Assembly (NCBI RefSeq): GCF_964355755.1
Contig: NC_092677.1
Span: 25,283,175-25,347,174, forward strand
Origin: Antedon mediterranea
Lineage: Eukaryota > Animalia > Echinodermata
Length of the DNA stretch: 64,000 nt
Direction: 5' to 3'
Shown here: one piece after another, positions 51,001-64,000 of the stretch
How the letters are laid out: each line of letters starts with the position of its first letter
How positions within the stretch are numbered: the first letter of the stretch is position 1
Notes under the pieces: generated by a model
The model's input: the letters and a program-made list of their open reading frames with translations, nothing else
Database searches by the model: none
Told to the model about the DNA's origin: nothing
Program-made: the position numbers and the translations under genes

Positions 51001-52538
51001 AATTTAAACACGTTTAAAACCTAAACGTGTTTCAATATGTCACTGATGTGATGTTTTATTGGATACAGACTATATGTTTAGAATGTGTTTAGAACCTAAA
51101 CATGTTTCATATCTAAACATGTTTAAGGCTAAATGTGTGGAAAAGGTTGGTACAAAAAACATGTTTAAGATCTAAACACTATTTTTACAGTGTGGACGTG
51201 TTTGTGCATAGCGCAACGATTTACATCAATGGTGACGTGACCTTCAAGTAGCTTCATGATCAGAATACTTATTGAATTAGTATTATTGTATTGTTGCGAT
51301 AATATTATGCAATATATTGATAAGTATTACAGCGTTGCTGCCAATACCTTTTAAAGCCTGCCCCAAGCGTGCAACAAATACATACAAACGAATTAGCAGT
51401 GCTCCAAAACACGTAGACAAAACAGACTATAAATTTGTACAATTTCTATCTGATATTTATGCTTTTATTTTTTACTGGCACAATTAATATGTAGACTTGA
51501 AGTTACGTGTTTTTATAACATAGCATAAATAATAATACGCAGATAAATTGAATAGGGATTCGATAATAAGTCCCTATTGTATTTGTACTATTTTACAGGA
51601 GTACAAATTAGACGTTTAAAATACAGAAAATGTGTACATTATTGAAAGGTGAATGTGATACTGGGGGAGGGTGGGGTGGACAATTGTACCTTTTCCAACG
51701 CTGAAAATTAACTCAACTACTCTGTGAAGGAAGTGAAGTACTAACTTTAATCATGCCTGAACAGTCTATAGAACACCTATTAAGGAACACATTCGGGACC
51801 CAACAAAGTTTCACCTTAATATGAGTTTTTGGAGAAGGGAAAAAAACCGAATTATTATACCAAAATGAACACTATTGATCGACTTAAAAAATTGAGAAGA
51901 ATTGAAAACTATAGCAGCTAACGTTTCACCAATGAAAAAGCAAGAGAAAGTATCATAATTATAATATCCATTTCGTTAATAATGATAAATGAATATATAT
52001 ATATAATGATGAATATAATAATATTAATATAATATGATGAATAATTTAATTATTTTATTTTCTTTTTGTTGTTTAAATCAACCATATGACACATTAAAAA
52101 ATGTACATGTTCCGTCCCCTTAATAGGGGCGTCCTCCTCTGGATAGATATTGTCCAGTGTTAAAATAAAATTTTTCTCTTCGTTTTGCTGGAAGGTGTTC
52201 TTTTAATAGTGGTGTCCCCTGAATAGGTGGAGTTACCGTTATAATATAATGTGCACTTTAGCATAATAACTGTTGGAAATCGCGAGATACGTAAGTGTAG
52301 GCTATATTTGGTATACTGAAGATCAGACAAATGCATAAACACTATCGTGTGTTTTTATAACATTTTGTTAATTGCACATGCATGTTTACTTGCTATTTCA
52401 TAACTATTATTGTTTTGTTAAAACATCTATCAATTACTAAACGTCTTCACATTTCACAAATTGTAGTATCTTATCTTAACATTACTAATAATTATTTCTT
52501 ATTAGTTCTCATCGGTTGAATATTTATTAGGATTCGTT

Positions 52539-52873
52539 AAAGATGTATTGTTCCCTGAAAAAAATTTTTTTTTTACATTTTTGTTGTTGAATATGCCATT
52601 TTAATATAACATAATAGTTATTCACTTTGACCAAGAATTATACCGAAAAAAAAATATTTACCTGAAAAAATGTAATTTAAAGCAAAAAAAAGACAAATTG
52701 GCTGCCAGCCAATGGGTTTCTGGTTAAATTTTACCATTTATTCATTTTTCAGGGGTTTTTTTTTCTACGGAAGTGATTAACTTTGTTAAAACTACAAAAA
52801 TTGCCTACTTAAAGTCTAACTTAATTAATATTCGTTTTTCATGTTTTTGGGGGATATAAAAAAAATACATCTT
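52539..52873. mobile_element. Kolobok-like MITE family (TTAA-AGATGTATTGT...ATACATCT-TTAA)
   Basis: Shared core AAATTGGCTGCCAGCCAAT. Related copies at ~13851-14102, 33078-33395, 35800-35980, 40680-40865. Confidence 0.6.
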
Positions 52874-53031
52874 TGAACATTACTATTAGTTATTTCTTAT
52901 TAGTTCGGTAAGTATACTTTCACTATGTCAAAAATAACGTCACATCGGTTGTTAAATAGTGATTCCTAAAGGGTTTCACTCATACACCGACGGAGTGATC
53001 GAAGTTATAACAATTCGGGGATATAACAGAC

Positions 53032-53200
53032 ATAATAGGGAGTTTTCACAGGAGCGCGTAAGTTTAACGTTAACGGATGACGTCAATATTCTACTCATTT
53101 GCATATTAGCAAGCGCATATCGATTTATTTACAAAAAGTGGGCGGACTAGTTTGCGCGTTGCATTAAAATTAACATGCTCCTGCGAAAACTCCCTATTAT
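53032..53200. mobile_element. Short fold-back MITE
   Basis: ATAATAGGGAGTTTTCACAGGAGC ... GCTCCTGCGAAAACTCCCTATTAT. Confidence 0.7.
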
Positions 53201-55305
53201 TTGTTCTTTTAAAAAAAAGGCTTATGATTATAATATATTAGTATATTTAAAAAGATTATCTTATCAGACGATAAAAATGGGAATCATCACAACTTTTCGC
53301 GCCTTTTGGGTGTTAAGACAAGCGCGATAGACTCTGACAAATTCATAATTCTACCGGAGTCGTCGTCCCAGACTTGCAAACGAGACATTAAAATCATAAC
53401 CGTTACACTTCGATGAATATTCTTCTCTCTTTAACATAAAATTATTAATATTAATGATTATTTTTTAGTCGTTAGATCCAGCGATTACACTAATTTTTAA
53501 TTGTTGTCGCAGAAGACCAATATATTATATAATAAAATTCATCGTTATCATCCCTTGACGTCGAATATTTCGTGGCTAATAAGCTATAAACTTGTTAAAA
53601 CAACTAAAAACCACAGTTATGGCACCTGATATTCTACGGTACTCTCTCTAGATACAATAAACTGCCGCGGGAATCTGGCAGTATTTTGTCTCTAGACTAC
53701 CATTTCCTCTCGGTACTGTGCGAGAATCGACTGATAATGGCTAATTATTGGCACTTACTTATAGTACTTTTAATTGTCTTATGTAGGCCGTTATTTAATT
53801 TTATATTTATCATTTTGTTTAAAATGACGTGTGTTGTTGATTTTGAAGTTTACGCAAAATGTTCAAGCACAATGTTTCCAGCAGAGGTTCCCTGCTGTCC
53901 AAACTAAACCAGCATTAGAAAGAAGTGATAGAGGCCTTACAAGGCTTAACCAGACTTAATAGTTTTCCCCGTAAAGGGTCTGTCACACTTGTCCCAGCAC
54001 GGTTCCGGCGCCGGCAAATCAAATCAAACGTCAATGTTTTGTTTACACGACGCTCCACGCGGATATGCCCCAATCGATGAGTCTGTTACGTTTCCTCACA
54101 AAATTAGTAGGAAGGTAAGACAGCGTCGTACGACGAGGCCCGGCGGCGATATTTCTTTTCGTACATAAGTTGGGGACCCCCTCACAAAATAAACATGAAT
54201 ATTCATCATTCATATCCATAAAGTGTGACGTGACGTAAGAATTGATCAACAATTCACTAATTCAAACTCTTTCCAATGAGACGTCTGTTTAGTCGAATGG
54301 ATTAGACTATGGACTTATATATGGGGTTCGAATCCCATGAGCTACTTCTTTTTACTTATAGTGAGAGAGATTATTTAGAGGGTTAGGTTTAGTTATATTT
54401 AGGAAGTAATTCGGCTACCTTTTACATAAGGAGAAGGAGTCCCCAACGTCGGGAGAAAGTTAAACATGCTTAAAGTTCTCCCGACGACCTAAAGACTACG
54501 CCTGTCTATGTCTGAGTTGGCCTTACGGCTCGGATTGAAAACTAAGTAACGTAAGAAGTAGCTCAAGAAATATTAGAATACAGCTCACCTTTGATGAAAC
54601 ATTCACGACCGGCTAAGAGAAATTATAGCTCATTTGTGAAAGTCATCCACCATGATCTATCATATTTGTTACTTTCCTCGAGTGTATTAAGGTATATTAA
54701 TGTACACTGAGGTATATTAATGTACACTGGGGTATATTAATGTACATCAAGGGTATGCAATGTCAGATGTCATTAATTATGATTGAAATCTAATCGTATT
54801 TCTAAAATTAAATCAAACAACATCCACCACAAACACAGTGCAGTTTGAACGATATCTAAAGCTTGATTTCCACTAGCGACTTAACGCGACCAATCACAGG
54901 CGATGGATTATTCTCGAACAGTAGCTTTTCATTGGTCAATTCGCTTGCGTTGCGAGTACGTCCTTTCGCGTCTCTGCTTAATGTTTTCCGTTATTAGGGA
55001 ATCAACTGTTACAGTCGAACAACGTAATTATTAACGTAATTATCATCGTAAAACGCGTACGTCCAGCGAACACTGACTTTTATTACTTTTCATAATGCAA
55101 TATTTGTTGCTTCAATCAAGGAGGAGTATTACCTTATTACATGCATGGACAGAAGTGAACATTGTTCAGATATATTGGATTCTTAGTTGATTCTTCAAGA
55201 CTTAACTTATTAAGAATAACTTACAAACATCAATGTTGTTGTTTCATATATTTATAATAATGGGATGATGGCCAGATCCAATTTGTATTGAAAATCTGAG
55301 CAATC

Positions 55306-55739
55306 TCTGTAAAAATAGTGTTAATTTAGATCTTAAAACGTACCCACTTTTCCCACATATTTAGCCATTTAGCCATATTCAGATATGAAACATGTTTAGG
55401 TTCTAAACACATTCTAAACACGTAGTCTGTACCCAATTTTCTAAAAATTTAGCCTTGAACATGTTTACATAGGAAACATGTTTATGTTCTAAACACATTC
55501 TAAACATGTAGTCTGTACCCACCTTTTCCACACATTTAGCCTTATAACATAAATTTAGATATGAAACATGTTTAGGCTCTAAACATATTCTAAACACGTA
55601 GTCTGTACCTACTTTTTCCACACATTTAGCCTTGAACATGTTTAGATATGAAACATATTTATGTTCTCAACACATTCTAAACGGGAATGTCCGTAGTCTG
55701 TACCCAACTCAACACATCAATGACGTGTTGATTGTTAAA

Positions 55740-55780
<41 letters not shown>

Positions 55781-56043
55781 ACATGTTTAGGTTTTAAACG
55801 TGTTTAATTTGCCATGTGAGTTTTTTCCGCCACAGTAAAATCGTATGCACATAACGCTAAGCACGTACCTAAACATGTTGACTGCTAAACATGTGGAAAA
55901 ATTGAACATAATAGTGACATGGTTGACTGCTAAACGAGTGGAGGAACACAACATGTAGCTATAAACACGTTTAGGTTTTAAATACGCTAAACATGTAACT
56001 ACGCGTTCAAAAGTTCCACACTGATTTTACACTTTTTTAGTGT
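55306..56043. mobile_element. TIR element (CACTG/CACTA-like ends) with internal ~85-90-bp tandem repeats and (TA)n; inverted partial copy at ~50783-51193
   Basis: Ends CTGTAAAAATAGTGTT / TTTTTTAGTGT. Many TAAACATGTTTA palindromes. The two copies match as reverse complements over ~400 bp. Confidence 0.7.
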
Positions 56044-57587
56044 ACAGGTATTTTAAAATGTTATTTTAGAAAAATGATGCTGTACAAGTTTAAAAGAATA
56101 TACCAGTGAAATCACTGTGCACACGTACAGAGCCTACTATTTTCATCAGCTTGAACGCGCGCATGCGACAGCTAATTATGTATTCATGACGTCAAATTGA
56201 CGGAACTAATAAATGTATCAACATTCTTTCTTTCTTGTAAGTTAATAATTGAAGATCATCCATTTTGGTCAATTATTCAATGCTTTTAGGTTCCGCTTTA
56301 TCAGTATAATACTCATTTCATTAAAGCAGCAGGCAGATTGAACTGAACTTTTTTAATAAGTCTCTATCTAGCATCTGGCGAATTTAGCATGCCTGACTGA
56401 AATACGAGTCATTAGTCTGCCGTCTTTAAGGATATAATTGGGAGTTAGAATTTACATAGACTCATTACCTCATGAATTTAAATGGTCTAATATAATCTAT
56501 ATAGAATTTTCGGATATCACATTTAAATCCGTTTCGCATTTATGTCTTTTGTAATATCATATTAAAATAATTGATGTATTTTCTATTTTCCATCTTTTTG
56601 TGTGAAGTCATGTGACATTCGGCATCACATAATGTTAGGAATATTGCCACTTGCCTTGATATTTCTTGAAAATGTATTCTTTTACAGAATTCTAAATTTA
56701 ATCCTAAATCAGTAAAAGTGTTACGAGTGTTTGGTTCTAATAAATCACAAGAAGTCACAGTTTTACATAAAATCTAACATTTCCGAGTCAACATATAAGA
56801 TTATAACACTTGGTTTAGCAACAGTACCCTCTCATTAGCCGCCGACGCGATAAGGTAGATGATTTATGCAGGAGTTTAAAAATCGCGATCTTATAACTTT
56901 TAGAGTCAATTATGCATGTATGATCTCGATTTGAATCGCAGCACTTTAGTGCTATACATTGACCTATATATCACTGTTATGCAATTTTAAAAATAACATT
57001 TTCTTATAATATCATAAAGCTCTGTCTATACTATATCAAACTTTATGTGACAAAAAATACGATGTGCCCATTTATGGACATGATGATGTCATATCAGTAC
57101 CATATTTGGGGATATAACATATTTGGGGATATCACTACCATATTTGGGGATATCACTACCATATTTGGGGATATCACTACCATATTTGGGGATATCACTA
57201 CCATATTTGGGCACACTTGGAAAACGGAGCCAAATGGACTACTCATTGTAATGAAACAATAAGGCCTATGTCAAATACTAAAATATTTGATGAATTAAAA
57301 ATATTTTTTCTGAGAGTGGATTGTCAGAGAGCAATTTATTTCCGTATAAATTGCCCATTTGTTCAATCAAAGGATAAATTTTTCAATCAGAATACAAGAA
57401 AATAATGTTGTTTAATGTAAGCAATTGAAACCAATTTAAACGATAGACCACAATAAAAATGCGAATCATACTTTTAGGAATCTGCGATAATAATTTACTA
57501 AAGTCATTTAAAAAAAGAACAAGCGTTTGCCGACGTTGAAATCACAAAATGCATAGCGTTGTGGTATTATTAAAACAGAATTTCAAA

Positions 57588-57840
57588 TTCACGTAACGCA
57601 ACGAAATTACACGTAACGCAACGATATTCACGTAACGCAACGGCATTTCACGTAACGCAACGATATTCACGTAACGCAACATTTACGCAACACAACATTG
57701 ACGTAATGCAATGACATTGGCGTAACGCAACGACATTTGCGCAACGCAAACGATATTGACGTAACGCAACGATATTGACGTAACGCAACGACATTGACAT
57801 AACGTAACGACATTAGCGCAACGCAATGACCTTGACGCAA
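57588..57840. repeat. ~19-bp minisatellite ACGTAACGCAACGATATT next to a MITE A copy
   Basis: About 12 units. Confidence 0.85.
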
Positions 57841-58929
57841 CTCAAGCGTTTGAATCACAAGCGACATTCGGTCCTTACTACGGCAACAAACTTAAGCGTG
57901 GTTCCCACTAGCGACGCAACGCAAGGACGTAACGCAACGCAAGTGAATTGACCAATCACAAGCGATGGCTTATTCGCTTGTGATTGCTAACTGTCTATAA
58001 CTTCGCTTGTCATTGGTTAAAACGCTTGCGTTGCGTTTACGTCCTTGCGTTACGTTCTAGTGGGAACCAAGCTTTACAACCTACCGTAAGCGTGGGTTAT
58101 TGTGGTTCATATGTAATCAAAACGATCCCTCATTCCTTCTTGCCTTCTTATGAAAAGAGGCTTCGAAAATAGCCCCATTACCCTTACTCAAGAGCACCTC
58201 GTGATGCCTAATTTGAACGGCAAACAACATCTCCAAGCACGTAACATTGATATCAATTGAACACGCGCACGAATCGGCAATTAAACACGCGCACGATTCG
58301 ACAATTAAACACGCGCACGAATCGGAAATTTAACGACTACTGGTATGGGAAATTGACTTTGGTAAACGGGCAATAAATAAATAATTAAGACATTTACAAT
58401 AACGGTAAAACGACTAGAAGTTTGCTTTCTGCGTGTATTCACTGAAAATCGAAGCAATAAAAGCCCTAGTAATGTCCAAAACCTGAATGGATAGACCTAT
58501 TCAATTTTTTTATAGAACTACACAGAAGATAAAACTACATTGCTTTTTTTATCTGAGCGCACGTTCTGTAAATCCTAAATCTATTAACTTTAATAGAAAT
58601 TGAATTTACTGCGCTAAATACATTTCAATCTTCTGAAGTCTACATTCTAGAGAAAGCATTTCTAACTAAACACGGATGTAAAGTTTAATTAAATGAGATT
58701 CGTCATTGTGTATCTTGTCCACAAAAACCGATAGCTTCTTTTAGAAAAAAAATCTTTTAGTCAGCATGCTTTCGGTTTTCAGAAATTTAATCGCCCGGAG
58801 CTTTATTGTCATGATCATTAAATATTATTGAACGTCTTTTAACTTTAATTTTCATCAAAATGTTTATTCCAATCCATTTTGATCATCTATTAACTACATT
58901 TGTTCTAAATACAAATGATTTATAAGAGC

Positions 58930-59300
58930 CTATCATCTCAGTTCATACGATAGTAATTCGTCATCGTCGACCATGATGCCAGTTTACACGATCAAAGCAG
59001 TTCAGACGACTACAATCGGTCATCATCGATGATATGCCAGTTCACACGATCAAACTACATTCATACGATATTGTAATCAAACTTCATTCATACATTGTAA
59101 TCGGTCATCGTCAATGATGCCAGTTCACACGATCAAAGCAGTTCAGACGATTAAAATCGGTCATCATCGATGATAATGCCAGTCCACACGATCAGACTAC
59201 ATTTATACAATATTATTGTAATCAGACTTCATTCATACAACATTACAATCGGCCATCATCGATTATTAATCATTATGCCAGTTCACACGATCAAACTCCG
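58930..59300. repeat. Degenerate tandem repeat with core ATGCCAGTTCACACGATCAAA
   Basis: The core recurs about 5 times with alternating spacing. Confidence 0.75.
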
Positions 59301-62300
59301 TCATTCACACAATTCTTATCAGACACGTCACTCATCTATATATGCCCATTCACAATCAAGTTAAGTTCAAAATACCCACTCACCGCCATTTTATTTACGT
59401 TGGCAACGTGATAAAAAAGATTCCGTTACAATAACGGAGGCGATTACTCGTTTTAGAATAGTGGGCCGGGCGTTCACATAGTGAATCAATCAATTCTTAT
59501 GTCACACCTTATGGATTTGACTAATGAATATTCATTTTTATTTTGTGACGTTTCATGAGGGGTCCCAACTTATGTACGAAAAGAAATAACGCGGTACGGT
59601 TAAAGATGAATAACATCATGCACAGTTCGTAGCAGAGCACAGTTAACACGTCTAGATTTGCGGCGTTAAGAAATACTTCACGCAATTATAGACGTATAAA
59701 TAATTCGCTTAGTGGACGACAAACGAGAAATTGAATAGGCCTATTACAAATGTATAAATTCAGATATAGTGATATAAATTCAACATTATTCAGTCACCTA
59801 CTTCGCACAACGTGTTTGGAAAAATTAATGTTTGGGGATTTGGAGGGTAGGGGGATTGCGGCCAAGATAGAAAAAATACGCTAGGCCTAGCTAGCATGCT
59901 CAGTATATTCTTAGCATAAAAGGTGGTCTGGTAAATGGCCTCTTCAGGACCATGTCAAGCCTCTACAACAACTAGGCCAAGGCCTAGCTATCGCCACCAA
60001 CCATTTTTAAATACTTTTTGAGTATTTCTATAGACCTACACTTACTTTGTTTATTAAAATATTGTTTTCAGCCATTGTGATCTGCATTTTTACGCTAATT
60101 TCCAGACATTTTCGTTCTGTCGACGTGACACGTACATGCGACGTAAAAAGACGTTGATTATTTTTAGATTTTTAAAAAGGGGCGGAGCTATGACAATGAA
60201 CAAGATGAATGTTGGGTAAATATAAATGATGACGTTAAGATTTACGTTTTCCGGCGGCGAAAAACATTTGTTACTTTCTCGGCATAAAAATGAACTCAAT
60301 TTATTCGCCAGATAATTTACAACATTTTTTTGCAGACCAGAAAATGATAAGATGTAAAAATACGCCGAAAAATTTAAGACAATTTTTATATTTTTTTTTA
60401 TCTGAATTAATGACCAAAATGTACTACTACGCAGTATTAAAAGAAGGTCATGAGTATAGCCATCTCATGGGAAGAAGAAAAGCTAAAATAAAGTCTCCGA
60501 CTCCCAATGGACGGACACATGATAGGAGCCCGCTCCCCGACTCAGTTAAGAGTAAACAATTGGTTAAAACGATAATTTCACGGCTTTCACTTTTTCTCAC
60601 AAATTTTCTCATCAATATACAATATCAGAAAATAACAATTTTCATGTATTTTGTGTCTGTACCAAACCTTTTTTCTAAATTGTGCGTTGCAAGGACGTAA
60701 AACGCAACGCAAGTAATCTGACCAATCACAATCGATAATAACCGTTTCCTGCAATCGATCAACTCGCTTACGTCCTTTGCGTTGCGTGGGAACCAAGCTT
60801 AAAAGCAACATTTGAAAAAAAAAAGCATTGTAGTACCAGATGTGGCTTGAATACTAGTCATTGAAAGCACTTTATGGTCGACGAGGAGGCTACCATGCTT
60901 AATGATTTAGATATTTTGGGTTCTAGTCCCACATTATCAACGCGTTGTTCTATCTCGCATATTCAACAGTAATACACTCAAGGTTATGTAATTTACAATG
61001 ACTATAAATTACCTTATTTAAATTCTAAATATGAATTGATAAAAAAAAACCAAAATAAATGTTGACACAACAAAGCATAAGAGAGCACAATGCGCAGTTT
61101 CTTTATATTCATAATCGATTCTTTTAATAGGTCTCTATTATTCCCAAATATGCAATTCGTATTATGAACTCTGTGTTTGTATTTCACATATAATACGTAC
61201 ATATTTCAAAATTCATTTCACGCTTCGCAGATACGCTCTTTAAAATGCTTCTACTGAAATTGTTTTGCTTTAACTATACACTTTTACGTTAATCCCGATA
61301 TCTGGGTCGTTATCAGAGACTCGAAGACACCTGTAGCTGACGGTGTTCAATAGTAGCACGTACAAACGTTTGAAAGCGCGCGTGTGTACTCTTAACGTTT
61401 TAACCCGCGTGTACAAACATTAGAACGCGCGCGTACAGGATGTAATACAGCGCGTAGCTTGTACGCGCACGTTTAACGTTTTATACACGCGCGTACAAAA
61501 GCTGTATTATTATCATATTTGATTCGCGTTACAAAACTAATACTAGATTTACATTGTGTAAGATCCAATTCAGACAATGCATTTGAAAACAAAAAAAACA
61601 GAAATGTACAATTTTATCGTCCATGAGTTGTATTAAAACGACCTTTACAACTTGTTTGCTTTAATATTTAAAAAAAAAACAAAACAAATATTTTAAGTGA
61701 AAAGTAATATACACAGAAAGAATTTAAAAATGAATATTAGACTATCTACACTTAACGCTAATAGTTTTTTTAAAAGGGATAATTAAAACAGTTATGTATA
61801 CAGCTCCCTAAACCAATATCTCTATTATTATAATTAGTTTTTTCTTATAATAGACAACAAAACACATAATAAACGTGGGTTACTATTACTAGTTATTTGT
61901 TTTGGAGCAATAAAATACATTTCAATTTACTCTTTAATTTTTTAATAAGGTTTATTGTAAAATAAATAGCTCTATTTTTTGTAGAAGCCCATCTCATTGT
62001 ATAGGCCAAAACCATTTTTGTTTTCACTGCTAACCCGCCACCAACAAAAAAAAACAAACTTGTTGAGTCTTTAATATTGTAATAATTATTACGAAAATCT
62101 TCTACACCTCATACAATAAACCCCCCTCATAACCCTATCCCAACATCACAATATCTTCAAAATTAATTATTCATAAAATGAATATAAAAACACTTATAAT
62201 ATTTGCGATATAAAACTTTACGATTTAGAAATAAAATGAATAAAAACAAAACGGAAATATGTTGCTACAATATTTACGAATAAAACGTGTATAGATAACG

Positions 62301-64000
62301 CGTTTAACGCAAAAAACGTGCTTAACGCAAACAACGCGTTCAACGCAAACAACTCGTTTAACACAAACATCGCATTTATCGCATATGCGTAAAATAAAAT
62401 AATTATGAAAGACATTTAACACTCAACTTTCTTTAAAATGCAAAATGAGATATTTGACACCAGGTTTAAAAAAATGCTTAGCTGACTTGAAGTTGTGTTT
62501 CTCCCATGTACAATCCTTATTTCAAATTGAGTTGTCAATATTTTAGGAAGCACAGTCGGGTACAAGTAATTACATAGGAGAAATGTAATAATATATTTTT
62601 GTATCAATTTATCATTATTTATACATAATTAATATATAGATATATATATATATATAGGAACATGTGACAGACTTAATAAAAAGTACTATTTAAATAATGT
62701 TGTTCAGATTGAGAGTTTTGTATTTAAAGTAAATGGGAATTAAATAACATTATGTTATAATTGTTTTTAATAAATAATATTATAAGTAAGTAATGTATTC
62801 TTGACAAAAAAGTTCAGGTTCTGGGGATAAATCAGAGTCCTTGGTATAATACAGTACTCTATGCAGCATTATGTTACAGTAACATATTGTTGTATGTGAA
62901 AATGACACAGTGTATTTGTCGCTTACTGTGTGTATATATGTCCAGCATTACACATACTGTCCACTATGTCTGCCCATTCAAAGTCTATTGTAAATAGGAT
63001 ACTCTTTAGTCTTAACATAGACAATAACGATACACTATGCATATACAGTATAGGAACTGACTATGCTTTTATATAACATACATGTTGCAATGTTTATTAT
63101 ATACCTATGTATATGTTAACATAGACAGTAACTATACACTATGTGCATGTTAAAATCATTCTACTGAAGTTACTGCAGTAAATACATTAAACTGTTTAAG
63201 CTTTTGTTGGGTAATGACACATTTGCAGTGTCGCATAAACCTCTATGAAACAAGCTACGTTACTGCAGTAAAAAGATGTACAGTAGTTACTGCAGTAACA
63301 TAATGTTAACATGATTTAACAAATATACAGTATAGAACCTATGTTTACAGCATAAACGTTAGAGTCCATCATCGGAATAAGCTTTTTTGTTTTCAAATGG
63401 AAGATCATAATGTTGAAATGACACAAGTGACAAATTATCTTAACAGTAGTAGCAGCAGAATATCGGGGTCACCCTTTGGCATATATCTAAACCACACATA
63501 TACATGATTCAAATCTTACAACCAGCTCAGACGGTGTCCAATTAGGTAAGTTGTTTTTATTTTATATCAAATTTAAAAAAAAAATGTTACATTTTTAAAA
63601 AGGTCAAATAATGTCCATTTTTAAATTATTTCTGCTTTCCACATATTTTTCTTACTAATAATATATTTAGGCCTACCTGTTTTTTTTTTCATTTTTAGAA
63701 TAAAACAAATCATTCAGATAAAACTGAATTGAATTAGATTAATTTTGTTTATTTTTTGCTTTTTTTACCTTTCAATAAATAAAAACATTTTTTTTTTATT
63801 CAATTCATATAGAAAATTAAAGTTATTACGTAATTATAAATGTGGAATCCAAATAAAAATGAATTATTAAAAATATAATGACATTGTCCAGAATGATGTA
63901 TATATAACAATCAGGAGTTATTTCAAATTTAATCTATTTCTTCATGGTTTTATTACTTTTATAGTTTTTAATTCATTACGTAAATAAATTTAAATGATGA

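Noticed and set aside
60290-60700. 136-aa ORF
   Set aside because: No recognisable domain or splice context; composition is typical of AT-rich non-coding DNA.
61355-61500. Cluster of GTAC/CGCGCG palindromes
   Set aside because: Looks like a decayed short fold-back repeat with no definable ends.
63351-63545. Candidate exon with TTTACAG acceptor and strong AG|GTAAGT donor
   Set aside because: Stops occur in all three frames and there is no recognisable product. It could be a UTR exon, but this is unsupported.

Overview
This is AT-rich, intron-containing animal DNA; the repeat content suggests a marine invertebrate, possibly an echinoderm, but the taxon is inferred. Positions 1-25 kb hold a head-to-tail array of four 6-exon SLC16/monocarboxylate-transporter-like MFS genes on the + strand. 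Copies 1 and 2 are a recent ~6.47-kb tandem duplication and copy 3 is a diverged intact paralog. Copy 4 is a pseudogene with two DNA-transposon insertions in one exon, two frameshifts, a triplicated exon and a minisatellite built from its own splice donor. The only other clear gene is a bombesin/GRP/endothelin/CCHamide-type GPCR with an uninterrupted CDS at 45260-46348. The rest is dense with non-autonomous DNA transposons (Harbinger-like, hAT, Kolobok-like, Tc1/pogo-like, Helentron-like), several with tRNA-like cassettes or expanding minisatellites. The most unusual signal is a large excess of the palindrome TAGGCCTA. Duplicated segments show it in place of a plain TA, or of TACAGTA, at homologous sites, once in frame in a coding exon; this suggests an excision footprint of an unidentified TA-targeting element. 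No prokaryotic-type system (CRISPR, operon) is supported. All coordinates, counts and translations were read by eye.
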